NCBI GenBank assembly: GCA_019689555.1
Contig: JADGHE010000006.1
Location: 20,182-84,181, forward strand
Source: Variibacter sp.
Lineage (GTDB): Bacteria > Pseudomonadota > Alphaproteobacteria > Rhizobiales > Xanthobacteraceae
Length of the DNA: 64,000 nt
Direction of reading: 5' to 3'
Shown: in pieces, positions 30,109 through 44,564 of the stretch
Layout of the letters: every line of letters begins with the position of its first letter
Numbering within the stretch: position 1 is the first letter of the stretch
Made by a program: the position numbers and the translations under genes
The notes under the pieces: model-generated
Database searches by the model: none
The model's input: the letters and a program-made list of their open reading frames with translations, nothing else
Told to the model about the DNA's origin: nothing

Positions 30109-31515
30109 ATGCTCGACGACAAGCTCGCGGCCACGGCCGAGACTCCCGACCCGCTGCGGGACGAGGAGGGAGCGATCCGCAGGGCGTATCTCGACCGCGT
30201 CGCCGCCGCGATCGAAGCCGGCGACCGCGACACGCTGTTGCGCATCGTCGGCGAACTGCACGAGGCCGACGCCGGCGATCTGATCGAGGCGCTCGACCCC
30301 GCGCTGCGGCCGCGGCTGGTCGAACTGATGGGCAGCGCCTTCGACTTCACCGCGCTGACGGAGGTCGACGACGCGATTCGCGAGGACATCCTCGATAGGC
30401 TGGCGCCGAGCACCGTGGCGGCCGGCGTGCGCGAGCTCGACACCGACAACGCCGTGTACCTGCTCGAGGGGCTCCCGCAGGACAAGCAGGCCGCGATTCT
30501 CGGGGAGCTGCCGCCGCGGGTCCGCACCGCGCTCGAGCGCAGCCTCTTCTATCCGGAGGACTCCGCCGGCCGGCGCATGCAGACGGAGTTCATCGCCGTG
30601 CCGCAGTTCTGGACGGTCGGCGATGCCATCGACTACATGCGCGAGACGCCGGATTTGCCCGACCGTTTCTATGAGATCTACGTCGTCGACCCCGCCTACC
30701 GGCTGCTCGGCACGGTCGCGCTCGACCGCCTGCTGCGCGCGAAGCGGCCGGTGCCGATCGCCGACCTGATCGACGACGAGCACCGGCGCGTGCGCGCGAC
30801 GGAAGACCAGGAGGAAGTGGCGCGCATGTTCGAGCGCTACGACCTCGTCGCGCTCCCGGTGGTCGACGACGCCGACAGGCTGGTCGGCGTCATCACCGTC
30901 GACGACGTCGTGGACGTGATTTCCGAGGAGGCGGACGAAGACCTGAAGGCTCTCGGCGGCATTCAGGCAGAGGAGGAGCTGTCGGACTCCGTCTGGGACA
31001 CGGTCAGAAGCCGGTTCCCCTGGCTGTTCGTGAACATGCTCACGGCCTTTCTCGCCTCGTTCGTCATTCGCCAGTTCGAGACTTCGCTCGAGAAGATGGT
31101 GGCGCTCGCGGTTCTCATGCCGATCGTCGCCAGCATGGGCGGCAACGCCGGCACGCAGACGATGACGGTCGCGGTGCGCGCGCTCGCCACGCGGCAGCTC
31201 GGCCGCGGCAATGCCTGGCGCGTCATCCGCCGCGAGCTGTTCGTCGGGGTCATGAACGGGCTCGGATTCGCCGTGATCATGGGCGTGCTCGCCGCCGCCT
31301 GGTTCCAGGTGACCGATCTCGGCCTGGTCATCGGTCTTGCCGCCATCACCGTTCTGACCGCCGCGGCGCTCGGCGGCATTCTCATTCCGCTGCTCCTGGA
31401 GCGCATCGGCGTTGATCCCGCAGTCTCGTCGGGCCCGTTCGTAACGACGGTCACCGACGTCGTGGGCTTCTTCTCGTTCCTCGGCATCGCGACGCTGTGG
31501 TTCGGCCTGCGCTGA
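30109..31515 (+). CDS. mgtE: Magnesium transporter MgtE
   Basis: ATG 30109 gives MLDDKL. MgtE N-domain, CBS pair and TM block MPIVASMGGNAGTQ are present. Confidence 0.92.
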   Translation: MLDDKLAATAETPDPLRDEEGAIRRAYLDRVAAAIEAGDRDTLLRIVGELHEADAGDLIEALDPALRPRLVELMGSAFDFTALTEVDDAIREDILDRLAPSTVAAGVRELDTDNAVYLLEGLPQDKQAAILGELPPRVRTALERSLFYPEDSAGRRMQTEFIAVPQFWTVGDAIDYMRETPDLPDRFYEIYVVDPAYRLLGTVALDRLLRAKRPVPIADLIDDEHRRVRATEDQEEVARMFERYDLVALPVVDDADRLVGVITVDDVVDVISEEADEDLKALGGIQAEEELSDSVWDTVRSRFPWLFVNMLTAFLASFVIRQFETSLEKMVALAVLMPIVASMGGNAGTQTMTVAVRALATRQLGRGNAWRVIRRELFVGVMNGLGFAVIMGVLAAAWFQVTDLGLVIGLAAITVLTAAALGGILIPLLLERIGVDPAVSSGPFVTTVTDVVGFFSFLGIATLWFGLR

Positions 31516-31545
31516 GCGCAGGCTGCGTTGCGCCGCGCGCACCCC

Positions 31546-32310
31546 TCAGGCGATCGTGACGCCGCCGTCGGCGACGATCACCTGCCCGGTGATGAAGCTC
31601 GCCGCGTCGGACGCGAGGAACGTCGCGATTGGCCCGATCTCCTCCGGTCGCCCGATGCGGCGGAGCGGCGTCTCGGCTTCGCGCTTGGCAAGCCGCTCGG
31701 GGTCCTCCCACAGCGCGCGGGCGAAGTCCGTCTTCACGAGCCCCGGGCAGATCGCGTTGACCCGCACATTGCGCGGCCCCCATTCCACCGCGAGGTTGCG
31801 GGTGAGCGCGAGGTCCGCCGCCTTCGAGATGCCGTAGGCGCCGAGCATGCCGGTGCCGCGCAGCCCGGCGATCGACGAGATGATGACGACCGCGCCCCCT
31901 CCCCGCTCCGCCATGCCGGGGATCACGAGGTTGCAGAGCCAGAGATTGCTCTTGACGTTCGTGCCCATCACCTTGTCGAAGGCCTCGTCCGAAATCTGCG
32001 CGAGCGGGCCGTAGACCGGATTGACGGCGGCATTGCAGACGAGAATGTCGATGCGCCCCCACCGCTTGTTGGTTTCGTTCACCAGCGTCTCGAGGTCGGT
32101 TTTGCGCGAGACATTGCAGGGCACGGCGATCGCCTCGCCGCCGATGTCGCGGATGCTCTGCGCCACCGTCTCGCACACCTCGCCCTTGCGGCTCGAAATC
32201 ACCACCCGGGCGCCGCGCACGGCCATCGACTCGGCGATGGCGCGGCCGATGCCCTTGCTCGATCCGGTGATGACGGCGACCTTGCCGTCGAGACTGAAGG
32301 GATCCTTCAT
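31546..32310 (-). CDS. SDR-family oxidoreductase (last gene of beta-oxidation operon)
   Basis: 254 aa. [15 protein letters not shown] and YGISKAA (YxxxK). Its ATG overlaps the upstream stop as ATGA. Confidence 0.9.
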   Translation of the reverse strand: MKDPFSLDGKVAVITGSSKGIGRAIAESMAVRGARVVISSRKGEVCETVAQSIRDIGGEAIAVPCNVSRKTDLETLVNETNKRWGRIDILVCNAAVNPVYGPLAQISDEAFDKVMGTNVKSNLWLCNLVIPGMAERGGGAVVIISSIAGLRGTGMLGAYGISKAADLALTRNLAVEWGPRNVRVNAICPGLVKTDFARALWEDPERLAKREAETPLRRIGRPEEIGPIATFLASDAASFITGQVIVADGGVTIA

Positions 32311-33542
32311 CGCAGCCGCCCCGCATTGTCCCCCGGCGTCCGATACTTTGCGAGTTCGAGCTTGGCGACCGTCTCGCGGTGGACCTCGTCCGGGCCGTCC
32401 GCGAGCCTGAGCGCCCGCGAGCGCGCATAGGCATAGGCGAGATGGAAGTCCTGGGAGACGCCGGCGGCGCCGCAGACCTGGATGGCGCGGTCGACGACCT
32501 TCTGCGCGACGTTCGGCGCCACCACCTTGATCATGGCGATTTCGGCGCGCGCGGCCTTGTTCCCCACCGTGTCCATCATGTGCGCCGCCTGCAGCGTGAG
32601 CAGACGCGCCTGCTCGATCTCCATGCGCGACTCCGCGATCCAGTGCCGCGTCACGCCCTGCTCGGCGATGGTCTTGCCGAAGGCGGTGCGCGACATGGCG
32701 CGCCGGCACAGGGTCTCCAGCGCGCGCTCGGCCACGCCGATCGAGCGCATGCAGTGGTGAATGCGGCCGGGGCCGAGCCGGCCCTGCGCGATCTCGAAGC
32801 CGCGCCCCTCGCCGAGCAGGATGTTGGAGACGGGCACGCGCACGTTTTCGAAGACGACCTCGGCGTGGCCGTGCGGCGCGTCGTCGTAGCCGAAGACCGT
32901 CAGCGGCCGGATCACCTTCACGCCCGGCGTGTCGAACGGCACGAGGATCATCGACTGGCGCTGATGGCGCGGCGCATCCGGATTGGTCTCGCCCATCACG
33001 ATCGCGATCTTGCAGCGCGGGTCCATGGCGCCCGACGACCACCATTTGCGGCCGTTGATGACGTACTCGTCGCCCTCGCGGCGGATCGCGGTGCGGATGT
33101 TCGTCGCGTCCGAGGAGGCGACGTCGGGTTCCGTCATGGAAAAGCAGGAGCGAATCTCGCCTTCGAGCAGGGGCGTGAGCCAGCGCCTCTTCTGCTCTTC
33201 CGTGCCGTAGCGGAGGATCGTTTCCATGTTGCCGGTGTCGGGCGCCGAGCAGTTGAACGCCTCGGGCCCGATCGGCGAGCGCCCCATGATCTCGCACAGA
33301 TGCGCATATTCGACATTCGTCAGCCCGTCGGGGTCCTCGCTCTTGGGCAGAAACAGGTTCCAGAGCCCCTGGCTCTTCGCCTTCGCCTTCAGCTCCTCGA
33401 TGATCGGCGGAATCGCCCAGCGCGTCGGCAATTCGGCGAGCTGGCGTTCGTACACCTCCTCGGCCGGGTAGACGTACTCCTCCATGAAGGCGGTCACCCG
33501 CTGGCGCAGCTCCTCCGCGCGGCGGGACAGGGGGTACAGCAT
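32307..33542 (-). CDS. Acyl-CoA dehydrogenase (411 aa, ACAD10/11-like type)
   Basis: ATG 33542 is preceded by AGGAGA. ACAD middle and C-terminal domains are present ([34 protein letters not shown]). Confidence 0.9.
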   Translation of the reverse strand: MLYPLSRRAEELRQRVTAFMEEYVYPAEEVYERQLAELPTRWAIPPIIEELKAKAKSQGLWNLFLPKSEDPDGLTNVEYAHLCEIMGRSPIGPEAFNCSAPDTGNMETILRYGTEEQKRRWLTPLLEGEIRSCFSMTEPDVASSDATNIRTAIRREGDEYVINGRKWWSSGAMDPRCKIAIVMGETNPDAPRHQRQSMILVPFDTPGVKVIRPLTVFGYDDAPHGHAEVVFENVRVPVSNILLGEGRGFEIAQGRLGPGRIHHCMRSIGVAERALETLCRRAMSRTAFGKTIAEQGVTRHWIAESRMEIEQARLLTLQAAHMMDTVGNKAARAEIAMIKVVAPNVAQKVVDRAIQVCGAAGVSQDFHLAYAYARSRALRLADGPDEVHRETVAKLELAKYRTPGDNAGRLR

Positions 33543-33571
33543 GGACGGCTCTCCTGGGGTTGACTCGGCGC

Positions 33572-34720
33572 TCAGGCGGCGATCAGTCCGCCGGCCTCCG
33601 CGAGCTTGGACAGGTGATGATCGGCGTCCCCGAACATGAGGTCGATCATCGTAACGCGCTTGAAGTAATGCCCGACCTTCAGCTCCATCGTCATGCCCAC
33701 GCCGCCGTGGAGCTGGATCGCCTGCTGCCCGACGAATTTCCCGGAGCGGCCGATCTGCACCTTGGCGGCGGAGACGGCGCGGGCACGCTCGGCCGCGTCG
33801 TCCTCCTGCGCCATCATGGCCGCGAACATGGCCATGCTGCGCGCCTGCTCGAGCGCGACGAACATGTCCACCGCCCGATGCTGCAGCGTCTGGAAGCTGC
33901 CGATCGGAACGCCGAACTGCTTGCGCGTCTTGAGATACTCGACCGTCTGCGCGTGCATCGCGCCCATGGCGCCGACCGCTTCTGCGCAGAGCGCCGCGAT
34001 CGCCGTCTCGACCGCGCGCTCGATCAGCGGTAAGCCGCCCTCGGGGTCTCCGATCACGCCTTGCGGCTCGACGCGCACGTCCTGCAGGGCGACCTCGGCG
34101 GCGCGCAGGCCGTCCTGCGTGCGGTAGCCGCGGCGCAAGACGCCGGGGGCGCGCGCATCGACGAGGAAGAGGCCGATGCCGCCGCGATCGCGCGGGCCGC
34201 CCGCCGTTCGCGCGCTGACGATCAGCCGATCGGCGCTGTCTCCGTGCAGCACCAGGCTTTTCTCGCCGCTCACGACCCAGGCGCTGCCGTCCTTGCGCGC
34301 CGTCGCCGCAACATTCGCGAGATCGTAGCGCGCCTGCCGCTCGGCATGGGCGAAAGCGAGAAACAGGCGCCCTTCCGCGATGCGCGGGAGCACGTCCGCC
34401 TTGAGCGCCTCGTCGGCGCCGCGCTGAACCAGGCCGCCGCTGAGCACCACCGTGGCGAGATAAGGCTCGAGCACCAGCGCCTGGCCGAACGCCTCCATGA
34501 CGATCATCGTCTCGACCGGCCCGCCGCCGAAGCCGCCGTATTTCTCCTCGAACGGCAGGCCGAGCAGGCCGAGCTCGGCGTACCGCGCCCACATCTCGCG
34601 GCTGAAGCCTTCCGGCGTCGCCGCATAGCGCTTGCGCGCCTCGAAGTCGTAGTGCGCCGCGAGCAGGCGCTCGATACTGTCCTTGAGCAGCTGCTGCTCC
34701 TCGGAAAGGTCGAAATCCAT
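33572..34720 (-). CDS. Acyl-CoA dehydrogenase family protein (382 aa, second member of an adjacent pair)
   Basis: ATG 34720 is preceded by [29 protein letters not shown] and an ACAD C-terminal helical domain. Confidence 0.9.
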   Translation of the reverse strand: MDFDLSEEQQLLKDSIERLLAAHYDFEARKRYAATPEGFSREMWARYAELGLLGLPFEEKYGGFGGGPVETMIVMEAFGQALVLEPYLATVVLSGGLVQRGADEALKADVLPRIAEGRLFLAFAHAERQARYDLANVAATARKDGSAWVVSGEKSLVLHGDSADRLIVSARTAGGPRDRGGIGLFLVDARAPGVLRRGYRTQDGLRAAEVALQDVRVEPQGVIGDPEGGLPLIERAVETAIAALCAEAVGAMGAMHAQTVEYLKTRKQFGVPIGSFQTLQHRAVDMFVALEQARSMAMFAAMMAQEDDAAERARAVSAAKVQIGRSGKFVGQQAIQLHGGVGMTMELKVGHYFKRVTMIDLMFGDADHHLSKLAEAGGLIAA

Positions 34721-34779
34721 GCCCCTCACCTCAAATGTGTCATTGCCCGCCCGGCCGGCGCGGTGCGCGCGGCCGGCCG

Positions 34780-35979
34780 TCACAGCCCCAGGATCGCCTT
34801 GGCGATGATGTTCTTCTGGATTTCGTTCGACCCGCCGTAGATCGAAGTCTTGCGCCAGTTGAAGTAGAGCGGCGCGATTGGCCCCGCATAGTCGGGGCCG
34901 ATCGGCGGCTCGTTCCAGCCCTCCTCCGGCTCCGGCTGATACGGCAGCGCATAGGGGCCGATCACCTCCAACAGCAGCTCCGTCGTCGCCTGCTGGATTT
35001 CCGAGCCCTTGAGCTTGAGGATGGAGGAGGCGGGGTCCGGCTTGCCGCGCTCGCGCTTGCCTTCGGCGGCGACGACGCGGAGCTGCGTCATTTCGAGCGC
35101 CTTCAGCTCCACCTCTACGGCGGCCAGCTTCTCGCGGAAGCGCGGGTTCTCGATCAGCGGGCGGCCGCCGTCCGTCTCCAGCGCGGCGAGCTCGCGGATG
35201 CGGCGGATGCGCTGCTTCGAGACGCCGACGCGCGCAATGCCCACCCGCTCGTTGCCGAGCAGGAACTTGGCGTAGTCCCAGCCCTTGTTCTCCTGCCCGA
35301 CGAGATTCTCCACCGGCACGCGCACGTCGTCGAAGAAGACCTCGTTGATCTCGCGCCCTCCGTCGAAGGTCTGAATCGGCCGCACGGTAATGCCCGGCGA
35401 CTTCATGTCGATGAGCAGGAAGGAAATGCCTTCCTGCTTCTTCGCCGCCGGATCGGTGCGCACGAGGCAGAAGATCCAGTCGGCGTACTGCGCGAGCGTG
35501 GTCCAGGTCTTCTGCCCGTTGACGACGTAGTGGTCGCCGTCGCGCTTCGCGCTCGTCTTCAGCGCGGCGAGGTCGGAGCCGGCGCCGGGCTCGGAAAAGC
35601 CCTGGCACCACCAGTCGTCGAGATTGCGGATGCGTGGCAGGAATCTCTGCTTCTGCGCCTCGCTGCCGAAGGTGTAGATCACCGGCCCGACCATGTTGAC
35701 GCCGAACTGCAATGGCTGCGGCGCCGGCGCCTGCTGCATCTCGTCGAGAAAGATGTATTGCTTCATCGGGCTCCAGCCGGTGCCGCCGTATTCCTTGGGC
35801 CAGGCCGGCACCGCCCAGCCCTTGGCATTGAGAATCCTCTGCCAGGTGACGATGTCCTCCTTGGCGAGGCTGCGCCCCTCCTCCATCTTGCGGCGGATGT
35901 TGGCGGGCAGCGCGGTGTGGAAGAAGGCGCGCACCTCCTGGCGGAAGGCCTTCTCCTCCTCGGTGAAGCGCAGATCCAT
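34780..35979 (-). CDS. Acyl-CoA dehydrogenase family protein (399 aa, first member of the pair)
   Basis: ATG 35979 is preceded by GGAGGAAGG. MDLRFTEEEKAFRQEVRAFF, QGFSEPGAGSDLAAL, GGSNEIQKNIIAK. Confidence 0.9.
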   Translation of the reverse strand: MDLRFTEEEKAFRQEVRAFFHTALPANIRRKMEEGRSLAKEDIVTWQRILNAKGWAVPAWPKEYGGTGWSPMKQYIFLDEMQQAPAPQPLQFGVNMVGPVIYTFGSEAQKQRFLPRIRNLDDWWCQGFSEPGAGSDLAALKTSAKRDGDHYVVNGQKTWTTLAQYADWIFCLVRTDPAAKKQEGISFLLIDMKSPGITVRPIQTFDGGREINEVFFDDVRVPVENLVGQENKGWDYAKFLLGNERVGIARVGVSKQRIRRIRELAALETDGGRPLIENPRFREKLAAVEVELKALEMTQLRVVAAEGKRERGKPDPASSILKLKGSEIQQATTELLLEVIGPYALPYQPEPEEGWNEPPIGPDYAGPIAPLYFNWRKTSIYGGSNEIQKNIIAKAILGL

Positions 35980-36029
35980 CGTCCTTCCTCCTTGTCCGCC
36001 CGGGGCCTCGCGCGTGTGCGCGGGCCGGC

Positions 36030-37205
36030 TCAGGCGATCTCGAACAGGCCGGCCGCGCCCATGCCGCCGCCGACGCACATGGTAACCACCGCGCGCCGGG
36101 CGCCGCGGCGGCGGCCTTCGATCAGCACATGGCCGGTGAGCCGCGCGCCGCTCATGCCGTAGGGGTGCCCGATGGAAATGGCGCCGCCGTTGACGTTGAA
36201 CTTGTCGGGATCGATGCCGAGCCGATCGCGGCAATAGAGCGTCTGGCTCGCGAAGGCCTCGTTGAGCTCCCACAGGTCGATGTCGTCGATGCGGAGTCCG
36301 TGCCGCGCCAGCAGCTTCGGCACCGCAAAGACGGGTCCGATGCCCATTTCGTCGGGCTCGCAACCGGCGACCGCGAAACCGACGAAGACGCCGAGCGGCT
36401 CGAGGCCCCGCCGCTCCGCCATCGCGCGCTCCATCACGACGCAGGCCGAGGCGCCGTCCGAAAGCTGGCTGGCGTTGCCGGCGGTGACGTATCCGCCCTC
36501 GCGCACGGGCTTGAGCGCGGCCAACCCTTCCGCGGTCGTATCCGGGCGGTTGCCTTCGTCCTTGGTCAGGGTCACCGCCTCCATGTGCTCGGCCTGGGTC
36601 TCCTTGTCGACGACCTTCTTCACGCTCGGCAGCGGCACGATCTCGTCGTCGAATTTGCGGGCCTGCTGCGCGGCCGCCGTGCGGCGCTGGCTTTCGAGCG
36701 CGTAGGCGTCCTGCCGCCCGCGCGTGACGCCATAGCGGGCGGCGACGATGTCGGCGGTCTCGATCATCGACATCCACATCTCGGGCTTGCGCTCCTTCAG
36801 CCACTCCTCGTAGACGGGCTTTTGGCTGCCGTCCTGGACGAGGCTGCAACTCTCGAGGCCGCCGGCGACGATGACGTCCGCCTCCCCGCTCATGATGCGC
36901 TGCGCGGCGAGCGCGATCGTCTGCAGGCCCGAGCTGCAGAAGCGGTTCACCGTCATGCCGGGCACGCTGACCGGCAGGCCGGCGCGGATCGCGCACAGCC
37001 GCGCGATATTGTGTCCGGTCGCCCGTTCGGGCAGCGCGCATCCCATGATGACGTCGTCGACCTCCCCGGGCGCAAGGCGCGCGCGCTCGACCGCGTGCCG
37101 GACGACGTGGCCGCCCAGGGTCGCGCCGTGCGTGGCGTTGAACGCCCCGCGATAGGCCTTGCCGATCGGGGTGCGGGCGGTCGAGACGATGACGGCTTCG
37201 CGCAA
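36030..37205 (-). CDS. Acetyl-CoA C-acyltransferase (thiolase)
   Basis: TTG start at 37205 with AGGGAGG 5 nt upstream. RFCSSGLQ active-site Cys and a C-terminal [13 protein letters not shown]. Confidence 0.92.
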   Translation of the reverse strand: MREAVIVSTARTPIGKAYRGAFNATHGATLGGHVVRHAVERARLAPGEVDDVIMGCALPERATGHNIARLCAIRAGLPVSVPGMTVNRFCSSGLQTIALAAQRIMSGEADVIVAGGLESCSLVQDGSQKPVYEEWLKERKPEMWMSMIETADIVAARYGVTRGRQDAYALESQRRTAAAQQARKFDDEIVPLPSVKKVVDKETQAEHMEAVTLTKDEGNRPDTTAEGLAALKPVREGGYVTAGNASQLSDGASACVVMERAMAERRGLEPLGVFVGFAVAGCEPDEMGIGPVFAVPKLLARHGLRIDDIDLWELNEAFASQTLYCRDRLGIDPDKFNVNGGAISIGHPYGMSGARLTGHVLIEGRRRGARRAVVTMCVGGGMGAAGLFEIA

Positions 37206-37236
37206 TGGGGCCTCCCTTGTTCGACACGCCGCAGGC

Positions 37237-38918
37237 TCAGGCGCTGCGGCGGACCTGCTCCTGACGCTTGCGGCGCTCCTCCTCGCGCAGCTCGACCTTC
37301 GACAGCTTGCCCACGGCGGTGCGCGGCAGGCTCGGGCGAAATTCCAGCGCCGTGGGCATTTCGTGCCGGCCGACCTTGTCGGCCAGAAACGCCTGCAACT
37401 CTTCGAGCGTGAACCCCGGTGCGCCCTGACGCAACTTGACGAAGGCCTTCGCCGCCTCGCCGCGATAGGCGTCGGGCACGCCGATCACCAGCACCTCCTC
37501 GACCTGCGGATGCTCGTAGATCGCCTGCTCGATCATCTGCGGGTAGACGTTGAAGCCGCCGGAGATGATCATGTCCTTCTTGCGATCGACAAGATAGAAG
37601 TAGCCGTCCTCGTCCATGTAGCCGACGTCGCCGGTGAGGAAAAAGCCGTCGACGAAGGCGGCCGCCGTCTCCTCCGGCCGGTTCCAATAGCCGGGCGTGA
37701 CGTTCGGGCCGCGGATGCGGATTTCCCCGATCTCGCGCGGCGCAAGGCGGCGGCGCGGATCATCGAGCGCCACGACGTCCATCTCGATGCCGGGCAGCGG
37801 CAGACCGATCGCGCCGGTGGGCACGGGGCCGCTCACAGGCAGCGCGGCGCCCGGCGAGCAGGTCTCCGTCATGCCCCAGCCGCCGCGCAAGGCGTGACCC
37901 GTCAGCCGCTCGAAACGCTCCGCGACCTCCACCGGAAGCGGGGCCCCGCCGGAGCTGCAGCGCGTGAGCGAAGAGAGGTCGCGCGTCTCGATGCCGGGAT
38001 GATTGCAAAGCGCGATCCACATCGTCGGCACGCCGTTGAAGATGGTGGCGCGCTTGACCTCGATGTCCCTGAGCGTCGTCTCCACGTCGAAGCGCAGGCG
38101 CAGCAGGATCTCGTTGCCGAGCCGGATGTGGCGCAACAGAACGGTCGTGAGCGCGTAGACGTGAAACAGCGGCAGCACGCCGATGACCTTCTCCTGCCCG
38201 ACGCGGAGCTGGCCCTGCCCTCCCTGCCAGGCGTCGTAGATCGCCTGCGCGCTCGTTAAGTTGGCGTGCGTCAGGATCGCGCCTTTCGGCAGGCCGGTGG
38301 TGCCGCCCGTGTATTGCAGCACCGCGATGTCGGACGGCGTAACGGCGGGCCATTCGGGCGGCGGCGCCGCGCCTTCGACGAAGCGATCCCAGGCGACGAC
38401 GCCGGCGCGCGCGGGAACGGCCGTCGTCGGATGGGGCGCGGGCCCCCAGGCCGCATCGTCGCCCACGATCACGCGGTCCACCAGACCGGCGTCGAGGAGC
38501 CTCAGCGCCGTCGGCAAAAGAGCGCCGATATTCGTCGTCACCAGCGTGCGCGCGCCGCTGTCGGTCAGCTTGTGGGCGAGCTCGCGCTCGGCGTCGAGAG
38601 GCGAAAGATGCGTGATGCGCGCGCCCGCCTTCAGGCCGCCGAAGAAGGCGAAGGGATGGTACGGCGTGTTGGGCAGGTAGAGCGCGAGCGTCGTGCCGGG
38701 GCCGATCCCGGCGCGCAGAAAGGCGGCGGCCGCCCGCTCCGCCTGCTCCCGTAAAGCGGCGAAGCCGATCTCCCGGTCGCGGTACTCGATTGCCGTCTTG
38801 CCATTGAAGGAGGCCGCCGCCTCGTCCAGCATCGCCGGCAGCGTGCCGACCGCCATCGGCGCGTCCCAGCGCACGCCGGGCGGATACGACTTTTCCCAGG
38901 GAAATGGCCGTTGCGCCA

Positions 38919-38919
<1 letters not shown>
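37237..38919 (-). CDS. Acyl-CoA (fatty/dicarboxylic acid) ligase, AMP-binding family
   Basis: ATG 38919 gives [19 protein letters not shown]-binding motif [14 protein letters not shown]. The start shares 1 nt with the upstream stop. Confidence 0.9.
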
Positions 38920-41018
<2,099 letters not shown>

Positions 41019-41069
41019 ACCGTCTCCTCCCTCGCGCGGTTTCCCCCCGCGCAAATTTGCGCCGCGGCC

Positions 41070-41957
41070 TTATGCCCTCGGCTTCACCTCCTCCAGCATC
41101 CGCAGGAGCGTGGCGTTGAACCGATCCGGCGCCTCATACTGCACCCAATGACCCGCGCCCGGAATGACCTCGAACGGCGCGCCCGGCCGCAGCCGCTGCA
41201 ACAGCTCGCGCCGCTCCTCGACATAGGGCGCGGCGGTCGCGTCGTATTCCCCCCAGATGCCGGCGAGCGGCACGTTCGTCGCTTCCAAGGCCGTGCGCAA
41301 CAGGCTCGTGCGGGCGATGCGGCGGCTGCGAAAGCGCGCGCGCTCGGCATTCTGCTGCTGAAGATGGACCGCCAGCGGGTCGATCTTCGCCTTGTCCCAG
41401 ATCATCAGCGTGGCGACATTGGCCCGGTGCGCCTCGCGCCGCGCCTCCGGCGTGACGAGGTTTCGCCACGCCCGGAGATCCATGGGCTCCCGCTGCAGGC
41501 CGAGGCCGGCCGCCCCCACGAGAACGACGGCGCGGATCGGCACGCGCCCCTGCTGGGCGATCAGGCCGCACACGATGCCGCCGAAGGAGAAGCCAGCAAG
41601 CGTCACCGGCTCCCCGCCGGCAAGCTGGCGCAGGCCCGGCGCCAAAGCCTCGGCGATCGCCTCCGCGGTCGGGGCGGGCGCGTCGCTCGAGTCGCCGTAG
41701 CCCGCCATGTCGGCGGCGAGAACCCGGTAGTGCCGCCCCAAGGCCTCGACGTTGCGGATCCAATGGGTCCACGAGCCGAACCCGCCGTGCAGCAGCGCCA
41801 GCGGACGCCCCGCCCCGAAGCACCGCCACGCGATGGTGCCGCCCTCGAACGGTGTATCGATACGTTCCGCGCGGGATTCGACCTCGGCGACGATCTCTGC
41901 GGGCGATGAGGTCGACGCCTTCCACTGCACCCGGGCGTCCAAGGGACCGCTCTCCAT
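41070..41957 (-). CDS. Alpha/beta-fold hydrolase (first gene of the operon)
   Basis: 295 aa. LLHGGFGSW and nucleophile elbow GFSFGG. 51 nt upstream of the FadB-like start. Confidence 0.8.
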   Translation of the reverse strand: MESGPLDARVQWKASTSSPAEIVAEVESRAERIDTPFEGGTIAWRCFGAGRPLALLHGGFGSWTHWIRNVEALGRHYRVLAADMAGYGDSSDAPAPTAEAIAEALAPGLRQLAGGEPVTLAGFSFGGIVCGLIAQQGRVPIRAVVLVGAAGLGLQREPMDLRAWRNLVTPEARREAHRANVATLMIWDKAKIDPLAVHLQQQNAERARFRSRRIARTSLLRTALEATNVPLAGIWGEYDATAAPYVEERRELLQRLRPGAPFEVIPGAGHWVQYEAPDRFNATLLRMLEEVKPRA

Positions 41958-42088
41958 CCTTCTTCAGACTGCCGCCGGTCTTGGCCGGCCCGCGGCCACG
42001 CTAGCGCGGGGAACGGGCCGAAACAACAAGGCGCGCGTCGCAGGTCCGCCGGGCGGGCGCAGGAGGGTTGCGCGCGCCGGCCGTGCGT

Positions 42089-43939
42089 TCAAGACGCCTC
42101 CGCCGCCTGCGGGGTCTCCTCCCCGCGCCGCGCGGCGGGCTCGAGGTGGAACTGGGCGGCCGCAAGCTCCGCGAAGCGGCCGCCGCGCCGCAGCAGCTCG
42201 TCGAAGGTGCCGCTCTCGACGATCCGCCCGTGGTCGAAGACCAGGATGCAATCCGCATTGCGGACAGTCGCGAGCCGGTGGGCAATGACGAAGGTCGTGC
42301 GGTTGCGCATGGCGGTGGCGATGGCGGCCTGGAACTTCGCCTCGGTCACGGCGTCCATGGCGCTCGTCGCTTCGTCGAGGATGAGGATCGGCGGGTCCTT
42401 GAGCAGCGCCCGCGCGATCGACAGACGCTGGCGCTCGCCGCCGGAGAGCGCCCGGCCGCGTTCGCCGACCGCGGCCGCCAGGCCGTTCTCGCGGTCGATG
42501 ATGTCGAGCGCCTGGGCCTGGCGCGCCGCCTCGCGCATCTCCTCCTCCGTCGCGTCGGGCTTTCCGACGCGCAGGTTCTCGGCGATCGAGCGGTTGAACA
42601 GCAGGGTCTCCTGAAAGACCACCCCGATGTTGCGGCGGAGCGCCGCGAGCTTGATGTCGCGGATGTCAATGCCGTCGATGCGAATGACGCCGGCCTGCGG
42701 ATCGAACGCCCGATGCAACAGCGCGAGCGCCGTCGACTTGCCGGCCCCGGTCGCCCCTACGAGCGCCACGCACTGGCCCGGCTCCGCCTTGAAGGTCAGG
42801 TCGCGCACGGCCGGCATGCGGCCGTCGTAGGAGAACGAAACGTTCTCGAATTCCACCCGTCCGCGCAGCCGGCCGGGGTCGATCGCATCGGGCCTGTCGC
42901 GCAGGGCCGGCGCGGTGTCGAGCACGTCGAAGAATTCGCGCAGCCGCGGCGCGTTCATGAACAGGCCGTTGACGAAGCCGACGGCCTGTTCGAGCCGGTG
43001 GATGATCATGGTGGCGAAATTCATGAACATCACCACCTCGCCGAGCGTGGCGAGCCCGCGCGCATGCAGAAAAGTGCCGACGATGATGATGACGAGGATC
43101 GTCAGCGTGGTCCCCGCCCGCGTCAGCACGGTCAGCACCGCCCACCACGACAGCACCGGAATCTGCGCGGCGAGCAGCAGATTGACCTGCTTTCTGAGCT
43201 CGGCCACCTCGGCCTCGACGCGGGTGAAGCTCTGCACCAGCGCGACATTGCCGAGTGCATCGGAGGCCCGCTCCGCCACGTCGGAATATTTGCGTTCGAC
43301 CGAGCTCTGCAACGACTCGGTCTTCTTGAGCATCCCCGCCGTGAGCGCCGCGAACACAACGCACAGCGCGATCAGCAGCAAGGCGAGCCGCCAGTTGAGA
43401 TAGATCGAAAGCGGCAGCAGCACGATCAGCGACACGAACGTCGCGAAGTGCTCGCGGAAGAAGCCGAGCCACAGCCACCACAAGGCGTCGGTGCCCTGCA
43501 GCATCACCTTCATCAGCCGGCCGGAATGGGTCGTCCCGTGAAAGGAGAGCGGAAGCTGCAGCACGTGCTCGAAATAGGTCGTCAGGACCGCCTGCCGGCG
43601 CCGGTGTGCCAAGCGGTCGGCGTGCAGCGCAACAAGCGTGCCGGAAACGATGGCGAAGATTCCGAACCCGACCCAGGCCGCGAGCAGCATCGACAGATGC
43701 GGCCAGTCGAGCGTCGCGCCCTTGGCCTGCGCGCCGGCGAGCACGTCGATGACCCGGCCGAACAGGATCGGCTCGGCGAACTGGGCGGCGACGAGCGCCA
43801 CATTGCCGATCGCGAGCATAAGCCCGAGGGAAGTTTCCGGGCCGAGCAGGTCGATCACGCGGCGGTAAAGCCGCAGCAGGCCGAGGGCGCCGCCGCTCTG
43901 GGCCTGCCGTTCTTCCAGGAGGGGTGCAGTCGCTGTCAT
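42089..43939 (-). CDS. Fused permease/ATPase ABC exporter, NdvA/ChvA (glucan exporter)-like
   Basis: ATG 43939, 616 aa. Walker [10 protein letters not shown], signature LSGGERQR, Walker [10 protein letters not shown]. The TM region shares blocks I recall from NdvA ([17 protein letters not shown]). The subfamily call is from memory, not a search. Confidence 0.85.
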   Translation of the reverse strand: MTATAPLLEERQAQSGGALGLLRLYRRVIDLLGPETSLGLMLAIGNVALVAAQFAEPILFGRVIDVLAGAQAKGATLDWPHLSMLLAAWVGFGIFAIVSGTLVALHADRLAHRRRQAVLTTYFEHVLQLPLSFHGTTHSGRLMKVMLQGTDALWWLWLGFFREHFATFVSLIVLLPLSIYLNWRLALLLIALCVVFAALTAGMLKKTESLQSSVERKYSDVAERASDALGNVALVQSFTRVEAEVAELRKQVNLLLAAQIPVLSWWAVLTVLTRAGTTLTILVIIIVGTFLHARGLATLGEVVMFMNFATMIIHRLEQAVGFVNGLFMNAPRLREFFDVLDTAPALRDRPDAIDPGRLRGRVEFENVSFSYDGRMPAVRDLTFKAEPGQCVALVGATGAGKSTALALLHRAFDPQAGVIRIDGIDIRDIKLAALRRNIGVVFQETLLFNRSIAENLRVGKPDATEEEMREAARQAQALDIIDRENGLAAAVGERGRALSGGERQRLSIARALLKDPPILILDEATSAMDAVTEAKFQAAIATAMRNRTTFVIAHRLATVRNADCILVFDHGRIVESGTFDELLRRGGRFAELAAAQFHLEPAARRGEETPQAAEAS

Positions 43940-43973
43940 GCCGTTCGGCGCTGGCCTCTCTGTCGATGGCTGC

Positions 43974-44531
43974 TCAACCGCGCAGCATGCGCATGAGAAC
44001 CGTATCGCGGCGCACGAAATGATGGAACAACGCGGCACCGATATGGCCGGCCAGCAGCAGCGCGAGGGCAATTCCCAGCCATCTGTGGCCCGTGAAGAGA
44101 ACGTCCGAGAGCGCGCGGTCCTCCGGCCAGATCGGCGGCAGTTCGAAAAGCCAGAAGAACAGGACCGGCGCCCGGTAGGCCGAGGTTGCGACCCATCCCA
44201 GGATCGGCTGCACCACCAACACGGCATAGAGCAGTCCGTGCGTCGTCCGCGCCGCCAGCCGCTGGAGGGGCGGGATGTCGTCCGGCAGAGGGGGCACCGT
44301 GTGCGTCAGGCGATAGGCAAGCCTCACCGCCATGATGGGAATGAGCAGCAGCCCGAACGACCGGTGCAGATGGAACAGCAGGTCCTGCGTCGGCCCTTCG
44401 GGCATATTCGCCATGAGGATTCCGGCTGGAATTTGAAACAGAACGATCGCCGCCGTCGTCCAGTGCAGGGTACGGGCGACGGCGGAGTAGCCCTGCACGT
44501 CTGTCGCCGGGAGAGCGTGCGCCTGGATCAT
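43974..44531 (-). CDS. Cytochrome b561 (CybB family)
   Basis: 185 aa. His-bearing helices ([41 protein letters not shown]) align by eye with E. coli CybB. Confidence 0.85.
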   Translation of the reverse strand: MIQAHALPATDVQGYSAVARTLHWTTAAIVLFQIPAGILMANMPEGPTQDLLFHLHRSFGLLLIPIMAVRLAYRLTHTVPPLPDDIPPLQRLAARTTHGLLYAVLVVQPILGWVATSAYRAPVLFFWLFELPPIWPEDRALSDVLFTGHRWLGIALALLLAGHIGAALFHHFVRRDTVLMRMLRG

Positions 44532-44564
44532 GGTGTGGCTCTCCTCGATCCCTCGCCTGCTGCG